Assembly: GCF_006345805.1 (NCBI RefSeq)
Contig: NC_043019.1
Coordinates: 2,356,001-2,420,000 of the forward strand
DNA length: 64,000 nucleotides
Origin: Octopus sinensis
Lineage: Eukaryota
Direction of reading: 5' to 3'
Part shown: positions 39,797-51,647 of the stretch, in pieces
How the letters are laid out: each line of letters starts with the position of its first letter
How positions within the stretch are numbered: position 1 is the stretch's first letter
Position numbers and translations under genes: made by a program
The notes under the pieces: generated by a model
Told to the model about the DNA's origin: nothing
Seen by the model: only the letters and a program-made list of their open reading frames with translations
Database searches by the model: none

Positions 39797-41061
39797 CAGG
39801 GAGCGTAAGATATTTGAGGGAAGATTTATATTTATAAAAAAAAAAACAGATATATAATAACAGATAATAGTTATTTTTATCAAAAATTGCTATGAGGACA
39901 AAAATAAACCACTTTTTCTATAATTTTATTCAATAAAGCCACCCTCAGTTTCAACAACTGCTTCTATATGAGATCTAAATCATCTACATGCTCGAATCGA
40001 GAGGTCCTGGTGCATTTTGGACTTTACTCTGACTATGGCAGCTTTCAAAGAATCTTTGGTGTTAAGGGCATGTTCATTGACCTCTCTCTCTCTCTCAACA
40101 ACGCTTTACATGTAATAGTCCAATGGATTGAGATCTGGGGAATTAGGAGGCCAAATATTTAGGGTTATGTGATCATGAAGATTTTCAGCCATCCATTTCT
40201 GTTACTAGAGCCAAGTGTGATAGTGCAGAGTCTTACTGAAACAAATGTGGCCTTCCATTGCATACACTGTCTATCCAGGGCTTAACAATTATTTCCAGGA
40301 CCTCAATGTAGGCGGCAGGGTTAATTCTAAGGCCATATGGAAAGAAGTAAGGAGGCCTCACATGTCCTTCATTGCTGGCAACTCCTAAAACCATGACAGT
40401 TGCAGGAAATTTTGTATGGATAGCACTTGGTACTTCAGAAGGGTCTGCACATAACCATCTGCCATTTCTTCTGCTAACGTTTTGATCTTGGTCGAAGTTT
40501 TTCTCGTTTGTGAAAAACCAAATCAAATCTTCTGCTGGATTTTTCAGTTTGTTTAAGAGTCTTTTAGATCTATTGTAGTGATTTTGTTTTGCTTTTTCTG
40601 ACATAAATTGACTTTTCCTCATCATATAAGAGTTATATCTGATGTCTTCTTGGACAATATTTCTGATTATTCCTTCTGACACCTGGAGATCTTTCGCAAT
40701 TGATATCATAGGCTTTCTGGGATTGTAATCAATAGTCTGTTGAACTTTCTGGAAAAATTCACGTATTCTGATGATTTCAGAGCGTTTAGAATGCTTATAA
40801 TTCTTTGATACTGGTGATACGTTTCCATCTTCAGTCTAACTCCTTACGAACCTTGTAGACGAAAGAACTGACAACTTTTATAAATCAAGATATTTCTAAA
40901 TCGCTATGCTCAGCCTTTATGACGACAATAACAACATGCCTTTTCCTTGAGTAAGGTGGGGGGGGGTCTGCCATCATTATTTTCTGAAAAAAGATTATAC
41001 AGAGTTAGCAAAAACTGCTGCAATGACCAAAAAGGTGTCCTCAAATACCTTACTCAACCTG
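39797..41061 (-). mobile_element. maT (DD37D)-type Tc1/mariner element, near full length, decayed
   Basis: TA flanks; TIR CAGG..G.GTAAG.TATTTGAGG; ORF with WFFTNEKNF, HTKFPATVMVLG and PPNSPDLNPLDY. Confidence 0.85.
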
Positions 41062-41208
41062 TATATATGTGTGTGTGGTGTGTGTGTATTCATATATACA
41101 TATATTTATATATACATAAATTATATATATATATTATATGTATATATATTATATATATATGTATATATATTATATATATATATATATTGATATATATTAT
41201 ACATATAT

Positions 41209-41296
<88 letters not shown>

Positions 41297-43664
41297 ATAT
41301 ATATATTATCTATCTATATACATATGACTCTATGAAAGTTAATTACAGAAACCTCTACGCTAAAGAATATTTCGGAAATATTCTCTCTACTACAAGAAGA
41401 AGGCCAACAACTTTAGGAAGCAACTCGTCGAATACATCAACTCTAGTATTCAACAAATATTTGTTTCATCGACCTCGAAAGAATGAAAAAGTAAGGTCGA
41501 TCAATGAAGAATTTGAACTTTAATTATAAATCCAGGGAATTGGTGTTAACACATTTTATCCGGAAGGATAATGGTTCTACCAGGTCGTCGTCTTGCATAG
41601 CTTAGCAGTATAAGTTTAACAAAATGTAAGCATAGTTCAAAATTGTTGCGGTTATTGCTGTGTTGTTGTTGTTGTTGTTGCTAAGCAACAAGACGTGTAA
41701 GGCTGATTAGGTGATGGTCTATGGCTTAGGGGCGGGAGACCCCAGACCTTGGAAAAAAAAACTTTGGTCGTCTTGTAGTCGAGGGCACTTCGTTGACGCC
41801 CGATACCATTGGGCGGTGGCCCTCGAAGTCGCTGGAAATGGAGATCTCCAGGTTCAAATTCTTGAACGGCTGTTGCTGCTGCTGTGGTTCCTGCTACTTC
41901 TGTTGTTGTTTAACAACATTTTGAAATGTTATTGAACACCCTTATGATCAAAAGTATTCAATCATAGTCATACTCTTCTTCTGAACATAGTATTCTTGGA
42001 CTGTATTAACCTGTTATCCAATGTAAGCTATTTTTAAGACAGTAGAGTAGAGTTTCCCTATCGGCAATTCCTCGGGTCTGCGAGAGATTGCTTATGGTTC
42101 CACGAGAAATTGTGATAAACAGGCTAATTATATGAAAATAACAAGTGGTAACTATAGGCGTAGGAATGGATGTGTGGTAAGTAGCTTGTTTACCAACCAC
42201 ATGGTTCCGGGTTCAGTCCCACTGCGTGGCGCCTTGGACAAGTGTCTTCTACTATAGCTTCGGGCCGACCAAAGGCTTGTGAGTGGATTTCGTAGACAGA
42301 AACTGAAAGAAGCCTGTCGTATATATGTATATATATATGTGTGTGTGTGTGTGTGTATGTGTTTGTGTTTTTTCCCCCCAACATCGCTTGACAACCGATG
42401 GTGGTGTGTTTACGTCCCCGTAACTTAGCGGTTCGGCAAAAAGAGACCGATAGAATAAGTACTAGGCTTACAAAGAATAAGTCCTGGGGTCGATTTGCTC
42501 GACTAAAGGCGGTGCTCCAGCATGGCCACAGTCAAATGACTGAAACAAGTAACAGAGTAATAGAGAGAGAAACTAGAAACGAGGATTCTGTCTCTGGAGT
42601 CTGTTGAATACGTGGAGAATGGTTATTCCTTTAACCTTACATAGCATTTTCAGAAATCATTAAATACTTTAGATCATGTATCGAATCACCGCCGCCACCA
42701 GCAACCAGATGTGACACGTACCATAAATTCCCACTAAAAATAAGGTTTAAAAGAATATTAGAAGCAGAGAATGTGAAATAAGAATAAACCTAACCACACA
42801 AAGTTAAAGATATCCATTTCTCTACGTTTGCTTAAGTAGAATTTCACAGAATGCTGATCAACAAAGTAAATGAAATATGAACAGCCCTGTGTAGTTAAAA
42901 TGATATTCGCTTTCCTTCTCGACTAGAAGGGCAGAGGCAAAAAGGAAGTCTTTGAAAATGTAAATTTGTATTTTTTTTTTGCCTTGATTTAATTCTGTTC
43001 ATGTTACTCTTGTTTTTTTGGGGGGTTTTTTTTGGGTTTTTTTTCGTGGGTACCCTTTTCTTTAATCTAGCCTAAAACGTTTAATAACTTAAACAACAAA
43101 TGAAAATTAATGGACCAGTTGCATTGTTTTTGTTCATAATTAATAATTAGTTAACAAGAGAAAACTACAGACTGGGATTATCATGCTACGAATGCCCACG
43201 TCAGGGAGGGGGATTTGGTGCATGAACCAATACTTGTTCTTGGGAGAAAGTGAGGAGAGGAAGAAAGAAAGAATTGAACTTCAGCGATAAACATTTTACT
43301 TTTTAGTACTTATAACATCCTTTAAAGGAATGTTTCAGTAACAATTTACGGTCGTTTTAAATGTACCTTATGAATAAACATACGCATTATATTCAAGACA
43401 CACACAATCGTATGAAAGTAATTTGGAAGTTTATGTACATGATTAAAAGTACTGCCGAAATTGAATTCCCAGACGGAGCTCAAATAGCTCAAGGTTAAGA
43501 TGGGTTGTGGCGTTACTTTCATTTTTCTATCTTTGGACTACTCTCAGGTATCAAACTTTCCTATGAATTATAAAGTACATACTGTCCTGTTTCGGTCAGT
43601 TTTGTTTGGGCTTTCTGGTGGGTAGCTATACAACTCCATTCACTCATGTTATTTTCTATTTATT

Positions 43665-43999
43665 ATTATTTATTTAAGTGCCCCTTTTCAAGCCTAGCCA
43701 GGCTCATGGGCCCGGTTTCCCGGTTTCTGTGGCGTATGTGTTCCCCCCAGCTGCACGGGATGCCAGTCCATCGCAGCGTTACTCAATAAACAGGAAGAAA
43801 GAGTGAGAGAAAGTTGGGGCGAAAGAGTACAACAGGGGGCGAAAGAGTACAACAGGGGTCGCCACCATCCCCTGCCGGAGCCTCGTGGAGCTTTAGGTGT
43901 TTTCGCTCAATAAACACACACAACGCCCGGTCTGGGAATCGAAACCGCGATCCTCCGACCGCGAGTCCGCTGCCCTAACCACTGGGCCATTGTGCCTCC
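43665..43999 (-). mobile_element. tRNA-derived SINE family C, tail type 2 (V-domain-like)
   Basis: Same head and core as 24256; tail GCTGCGATGGACTGGCATCCCGTGCAG; internal 20-bp duplication at about 43817-43858. Confidence 0.85.
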
Positions 44000-44207
44000 T
44001 GTTTTCTATTTAGTTACTTTTTATGCGGCTATGCTGGAGCATCACCTTCAATAATGTAGTGCTTATGTCTTTTAAGCCTGGTACTTATAAATCTATATAT
44101 CCTTTTTGCTGAACCACTAAGTCACGCCAACATCGTTTGTCAAACTGTGGTAGGCGGGGAACACAGACACAAACACACGCAACCACACACACATATATAT
44201 CTAATAT

Positions 44208-44690
44208 CTCTAAAATTGAAGTTTTCTGAGTGTGTTTGTACAAGAATTTAATGTACCTCAATAACTTCTACATCTTTTATCCGATTTCTTTAAAATTTTA
44301 TACACAGCTGCTTCATACCCAAGACCCCCGAACATAGGTTACTTAGATTTTGAAAAATCGATATCGAGGCCTCAAGAGCGATGGGAAGCAAACAGTAGAT
44401 GATTCTTATTCATTTGCATTAATCAGCTGTTTTATAATCTATAGGGTCTTCCATACTTTTTTTATCTTTTTATAAAAGTGAAAGGATTTTGTCTATTTAT
44501 TTATTTCCAATGTCCACCAGCAACGGTGATTAAACTGACTAAGAACACTGAACACATACATTTCCACAATTCTCAACCGATTTTCACCAAACTTTACACA
44601 GACATTACTTATGCCCCAACGATGGTCATTCACTAAACATTTTGCCCAGAGCTCCCGCGTAAATGCACGCAAAGCTTAATCTCCATATTT
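44208..44690 (+). mobile_element. Possible Helitron/HINE-like non-autonomous element
   Basis: TC start with AAAATTGAAGTT..TGTGT and internal AACCGATTTTCACCAAACTT motifs; no clear CTRR end. Confidence 0.35.
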
Positions 44691-45432
44691 GAACTGCATT
44701 AAACTTTGGCAAGCTTACCTGTACCTATTCTGAGTTACCTGAAAGGTGACGTTCCCTTCCCTTTCTTCTATTTGTTAATACCTTTGTTTGCCCAGCAATG
44801 CGTTGTTTCCCTTTAAGGATGCTTATTTACTCATCCATTATGATATTTCGATTGTTGTTTTTTAAACAATCACATATAATTCGTCCCAAAGAATCAACCT
44901 TTAAATAGGAGTTTTATTTTCACTAGCAAAAGCTATACGTATCTTTCAGAAAGCTCCATACTAATTTAACTTATGCAGCATTCGCTGATAGTTTATGCGC
45001 AGGCGATGTGGGAAGACAGAATAAAGGGGCTTTTGTTAGCTTATCTCTCCGAAAAAATAGCTTCCTTTGTTGTTGAAAAAATAAACTCAGAGAGGGGAAG
45101 TTTCAACATCTTACTTCAATTTCATTACAACATTTATGTGGCTGTTTCTGACAGGAAATTTAGTTTTCATGTAAAACAACTATATTTTGTAGCCATTATC
45201 CGTAATCTACCCCCAAAACACTTCAGTAGCTCTACTTTGCACCGCTTACAAATTTATACGTTCTATGATTATTAAAGTGCAAGGATTTCCACAATAACCA
45301 ACTTTCAATTTGATTTTCCGTTCCTAGGTTAATCGGAAACGTAAATCTTCTCGGTAGTTCAATTATTTGATGGAAAAAAATACCACCAAAGCAACTTAAG
45401 CCATCCAAAAGACGGGTGTGTTTGCTAGTATG

Positions 45433-45503
<71 letters not shown>

Positions 45504-45608
45504 GTAAAAAAATATACAAACAGGGACAAGAACGTGAAACATTTAGAAGACGACACAAAAGCCCTCAATCATCAGTCAAGAACCGGATCATCTTCGCAAT
45601 TTCGGCTG

Positions 45609-45660
<52 letters not shown>

Positions 45661-45661
<1 letters not shown>

Positions 45662-46622
45662 GACGGGATTCTTTCAGTTTCTGTCAACCAAATCCACTCG
45701 CAAGACTTAAATCACATACGTATTGCAGCGGTCCTTCAGTTTTCTAAGCTCTTCAAAAGAACTATGAAGGTTGGTCCTTTAACCAGACCTTTCGCGACAC
45801 CCTTAAAGCCAGGAAATTTTCAGCACCCCCTCGCTGGCCTGTATCTATGACGTCAACATTTCACCAATATAAGATTCAGAGTGCCAATATACCATATATT
45901 AGTATATTAGACGCAGTCCAATTCAGTAGCCCATATTCAGGGAAAAAAAGATTTTAGTGCATTAAAACTGGTGGGGTGGGAGAGCTTCTCATATAGGACG
46001 GTAAAATTTTGGAGAAGAAAAGGGCGTCTCGTATACCATCATATATATCTTACATGTCATCAAATAATTCAACACGAAAACAGAGTGAAATTGAAATTTG
46101 AAATTATTCATAGCTGATAGTGACGTCATTAAGTGGAGGGAAAGAGCTATACACCGGCGAACTCGTAAATTTTCGTTATCTAATTTTGTGGCCCAGACAC
46201 CCTTTTACAATGAGCCTCAAGTACGTTTACGTAGGATGACATATATATTACACTTAATTCAATTTTAAAATAAATGTTGAAAAAATATAAACTTGATTAT
46301 TCATTATCTGAACAATAGTGAAAGTCCTTGAAAAGAATATATAACTTGTAGTCAAGTAATATTTTAACCCAATAAAACAAACAAAACAATTGAGTTTACT
46401 CATAACCATTTTCTGAGGTTCTCAGAAAACATATTTGTGCTGACGACACCAGAGACGTATAACAAGAATGAGTTATTTTCAGAGATAACGCATATAATAG
46501 GGTAGGATTTCAATTAACATTCAATGAATATATGTGGACTTTGCAAAGTGCACATAAAATGATTATAGAAATTTGCACATGTATGTGTACAAATACAGAC
46601 ACACTCATATATATATATATAT

Positions 46623-46656
<34 letters not shown>

Positions 46657-47036
46657 ATATAGGCGCAGGAGTGGCTGTGTAGTAAGTAGCTTGCTTACCA
46701 ACCACATAGTCTCGGGCCGACCAAAGCCTTGTGAGTGGATTTGGTAGACGGAAACTGAAAGAAGCCCGTCGTATAAATGTATATATATATATATATATAT
46801 AATGTGTGCGTGTTTGTGTGTCTGTGTTTGTCCCCCTAGCATTGCTTGACAACCGATGCTGGTGTGTTTATGTCCCCGTCACTTAGCGGTTCGGCAAAAG
46901 AGGCCGATAGTATAAGTACTGAGCTTACAAAGAATAAGTCCCGGGGTCGAGTTGCTCGACTGGGGGCGGTGCTCCAGCATGGCCGCAGTCAAATGACTGA
47001 AACAAGTAAAAGAGCAAAAGAGTAAGATATATATAT

Positions 47037-47091
<55 letters not shown>

Positions 47092-48196
47092 CGACGGGAT
47101 TCTTTCAGTTTCTGTCAACCAAATCCACTCGCAAGACTTAAATCACATACGTATTGCAGCGGTCCTTCAGTTTTCTAAGCTCTTCAAAAGAACTATGAAG
47201 GTTGGTCCTTTAACCAGACCTTTCGCGACACCCTTAAAGCCAGGAAATTTTCAGCACCCCCTCGCTGGCCTGTATCTATGACGTCAACATTTCACCAATA
47301 TAAGATTCAGAGTGCCAATATACCATATATTAGTATATTAGACGCAGTCCAATTCAGTAGCCCATATTCAGGGAAAAAAAGATTTTAGTGCATTAAAACT
47401 GGTGGGGTGGGAGAGCTTCTCATATAGGACGGTAAAATTTTGGAGAAGAAAAGGGCGTCTCGTATACCATCATATATATCTTACATGTCATCAAATAATT
47501 CAACACGAAAACAGAGTGAAATTGAAATTTGAAATTATTCATAGCTGATAGTGACGTCATTAAGTGGAGGGAAAGAGCTATACACCGGCGAACTCGTAAA
47601 TTTTCGTTATCTAATTTTGTGGCCCAGACACCCTTTTACAATGAGCCTCAAGTACGTTTACGTAGGATGACATATATATTACACTTAATTCAATTTTAAA
47701 ATAAATGTTGAAAAAATATAAACTTGATTATTCATTATCTGAACAATAGTGAAAGTCCTTGAAAAGAAATATATAACTTGTAGTCAAGTAATATTTTAAC
47801 CCAATAAAACAAACAAAACAATTGAGTTTACTCATAACCATTTTCTGAGGTTCTCAGAAAACATATTTGTGCTGACGACACCAGAGACGTATAACAAGAA
47901 TGAGTTATTTTCAGAGATAACGCATATAATAGGGTAGGATTTCAATTAACATTCAATGAATATATGTGGACTTTGCAAAGTGCACATAAATGATTATAGA
48001 ATTTGCACATGTATGTGTACAATACAGACACACTCATATATATATATATATATATATATTATATTATATATTATATATATATAGGCGCAGAGTGGCTGTG
48101 TAGTAAGTAGCTTGCTTACCAACCACATAGTCTCGGGCCGACCAAAGCCTTGTGAGTGGATTGGTAGACGGAAACTGAAAGAAGCCCGTCGTATAA

Positions 48197-48227
<31 letters not shown>

Positions 48228-48445
48228 TGCGTGTTTGTGTGTCTGTGTTTGTCCCCTAGCATTGCTTGACAACCGATGCTGGTGTGTTTATGTCCCCGTC
48301 ACTTAGCGGTTCGGCAAAAGAGGCCGATAGTATAAGTACTGAGCTTACAAAGAATAAGTCCGGGGTCGAGTTGCTCGACTGGGGGCGGTGCTCCAGCATG
48401 GCCGCAGTCAAATGACTGAAACAAGTAAAAGAGCAAAAGAGTAAG
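45661..48445. repeat. Tandem duplication, about 1432-bp unit, joined at (TA)n
   Basis: 45661-47025 and 47093-48445 near-identical; differences are mostly 1-bp indels. Confidence 0.9.
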
Positions 48446-48452
48446 ATATATA

Positions 48453-48481
<29 letters not shown>

Positions 48482-48483
<2 letters not shown>

Positions 48484-49998
48484 CCTCTCTTCGCCGCGTG
48501 TCCCCCTCCTCCTTCCTTCTTCCTTTCCTTGCCTATAAAACAAAATTCCTTTACACGTGGTTACCACTATTGAAAAGACTGCCTCACGCGCTGCTACTAC
48601 ACTTTCGTCCTTGCCAGCAAAAAGGCTTCTTCGTTCGTCCCCTTGTGTGGTTAATTTCCTGTATAGTATTCTTGTTATTTTCTCGTTTTGTAACTAATTG
48701 TACTTTTTGTACATGTATTTTTATTTTTGCAGTTTTATTGTTTGTCTATGCCAGAAAAAAGGCTTTTTCGTTCGTCCTCTTGTGTTTGTTTTTGTACATG
48801 TATTTTAATTTTGCAGTCTTATTGTTACGTCTTGTTTGTGTTCGTACTCATTGTGCCCCGCTGCTTGAAATTTTATTTTATTCTCTCGCGGAAGGCCTAT
48901 TGGATAGTGTTCTGTTATGCCTTCGAAACATGCCTGACTCCTCTAGCGAAGCTGATGACGGGGGTTTTGTCATTGTGTAACCTGTCCGTATTTGGTTTTC
49001 GTTTTCCGTTTTCTTGTTTTTTGTTTTTTGGCTTTTTCTGTTTCTACGTCTTATGTGATGTCCTGTACTTCCGTATAATTATTTATATATGCATGATGTA
49101 TATACATGTAGATGTAGGTACGTACATATATGTTTGTATGTATGCATATATTTTATTTATCTCCTTATTGTCTGACAGCGCCCCGCATCAGGTTCGTTCC
49201 GATTCGTCGTTTCGATCCACTTCTTGGTCCCCTTTTTTTATATTAATATTATTATATTGAAGATGCGGTACTCTCTCTCCCTTTGCTTTAACCTCTTCAA
49301 TCTTTCTCCCTCCCCCTCCTCCTCTCTTCGCCGCGTGTCCCCCTCCTCCTTCCCTCTTCCTTGCCTATAAAACAAAATTCCTTTACACGTGTTACCACTA
49401 TTGAAAAGACTGCCTCCACGCGCTGCTACTACTACACTTTCGTCTTGCCAGCAAAAAGGCTTCTTCGTTCGTCCCCTGTGGTGGTTATTTCCTGTATAGT
49501 ATTCTTGTTATTTTCTCGTTTTGTAACTAATTGTACTTTTTGTACATGTATTTTTATTTTTGCAGTTTTATTGTTTGTCTATGCCAGAAAAAAGGCTTTT
49601 TCGTTCGTCCTCTTGTGTTTGTTTTTGTACATGTATTTTAATTTTGCAGTCTTATTGTTACGTCTTGTTTGTGTTCGTACTCATTGTGCCCCGCTGCTTG
49701 AAATTTTATTTTTTAATCTCTCGCAGGAAGGCCTATTGGATTAGTGTTCTGTTATGCCTTCGAAACATGCCTGACTCCTCTAGCGACAGCTGATGACGGG
49801 GGTTTGTCCTTGTGTAACCTGTCCTGTATTTGGTTTTCGTTTTCCGTTTTCTTGTTTTTTGTTTTTTGGCTTTTTCTTTTCTACGTCTTATTGTGATGTC
49901 CTGTACTTCCGATAATTATTTATATATGCATGTATATATACATGTAGATGTAGGTACGTACATATATGTTTGTATGTATGCATATATTTTTATTATCT
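48482..49998. repeat. Tandem duplication, about 840-bp period, pLTR-like unit
   Basis: 48482-49165 repeats at 49320-49998; decayed GAAGGC...GCCTTC-GAAAC motif in each copy. Confidence 0.85.
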
Positions 49999-50014
49999 CC
50001 TATATATATATTAT

Positions 50015-50052
<38 letters not shown>

Positions 50053-50239
50053 ATTATATATATATATATATATATATGTGTATACAGTTGTATATATATA
50101 TATGTATACAGTTATTATATATATATATATTATTATATGGTTATATATTGTATATATAATATACAGTTATATATATATATATACACTTCCGGCTTTCGTA
50201 GAGTAAACACGTGTGGTCTCGCTCCGCTTCTTTCTCTCC

Positions 50240-50766
50240 GCTCTCTTTCTCTATTACCCCCCTACCCCCCCTATTGCACTATTGGATTAATATAACTTAA
50301 TATAATTAGATAGATAGATAGATAGACAACATATCTCTCCTCTTCCTCTTCTCTCTTGCTCTCTTCTCTTGGCTCCCAATCTCTCCTTAAGTACATAGAC
50401 GCTCTCTTTCTCTATTACCCCCCTACTATTGGATTAATATAACTTAACATAATTAGATAGATAGATAATATATCTTCCTCTTCTCTCTTGCTCTCTTCTC
50501 TTGGCTCCCAATCTCTCCTTAAGTGCATGGACGCTCTCTTTCTCTATTACCCCCCTACCCCCCTATTGCACTATTAGATTAATATAACTTAATATAATTA
50601 GATAGATAGATAGATAGACAACATATCTCTCCTCTTCCTCTTCTCTCTTGCTCTCTTCTCTTGGCTCCCAATCTCTCCTTAGGTACATAGACGCTCTCTT
50701 TCTCTATTACCCCCCTACTATTGGATTAATATAACTTAACATAATTAGATAGATAGATAATATATC
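50240..50766 (+). repeat. Higher-order tandem repeat in the LINE 5' UTR (161/132/160/74-bp units)
   Basis: Units start GCTCTCTTTCTCTATTACCCCC at 50240, 50401, 50533 and 50693. Confidence 0.9.
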
Positions 50767-50770
50767 AAGA

Positions 50771-51567
50771 ATGTCCAGAGCTTGGAAACGTGATGAACTG
50801 GCGTGGTTCCTGCGAGGATGGCAATGTGCTGACGGAGAAAGTCCAAGTAACATAATTGCGGCAGCACTAAGGAACAAAGGATTCAAAAGGACGCCAGCAC
50901 AAATAGAGCGGAAGAGGCAAGAGTTCGTACGCTCATACGCACTTGTCAGATCGCACATAAACACACTGGATGCCATTTTTAACAGCGAAAAACGCGAACA
51001 AAGTAAAGATGGCAAGGATGGAGACGCGGGCGCAGATAAGGAGGGTCACCCCCACCTGGTGGACGCCCAGGAAGAAAACTCCAGCGAGAGGCCTGCCCGG
51101 GAGGTGAACCCAGGTACGGATGCTCCTACCGGCACCAAACCATGGACATGGCGATGAAGAGGCCAAAAAAAGAGGAAAAAACTGAAGCTAAAACTCAGAC
51201 AGCCAAGGGGCAAGGCAGCCAGGGATAGAGGCAAACCTAACTGTCCATATGCCAAAAAGGATGGAAACAAGCGCAGCGCACACGGTATGTATGTTCTACC
51301 TGAGAGGTGCCTGCCGGCATGGAGAGGAAGGTGCAGGCTGCCGCTTTGCACATCCGGGACCCTGCCACAGAAACCAACCACCGAAAGGAAATGGGATGGA
51401 CCACGCATCACCGGCCCCAAAACGGAGGTACGCAGATGTGTGTGCGTACCACAAACCACCAACGTGTTGTTGAAAGGGCAGCTGCTGAGCAGGAATCTTT
51501 TTTGTGCATGGCACAAAAGATTGTACAGCAGCTAACCTGGCTCCATCAGGCTCAGGCTCGCAGATGA
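50771..51567 (+). CDS. LINE ORF1 (frameshifted): Myb/SANT-like N-terminus and CCCH-type zinc finger
   Basis: MSRAWKRDELAWFLRGW...IAAALRNKGFKRTPAQIERKRQEFVRSY; VCMFYLRGACRHGEEGAGCRFAHP; domain calls are by-eye pattern recognition. Confidence 0.65.
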
Positions 51568-51647
51568 ACTGCCCACAGTTCACAAGACCGCCACAGCAGA
51601 TGGACCCAGGGTGACACCACCGGCAACAGCATATACACCTCACCTCG

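Noticed and set aside
44973-45275. 100-aa plus-strand ORF
   Set aside because: No recognisable domain or splice support; the opposite strand only faintly resembles piggyBac
48498-49793. Hydrophobic 127-177-aa ORFs
   Set aside because: T-rich duplicated non-coding repeat; frames differ between copies
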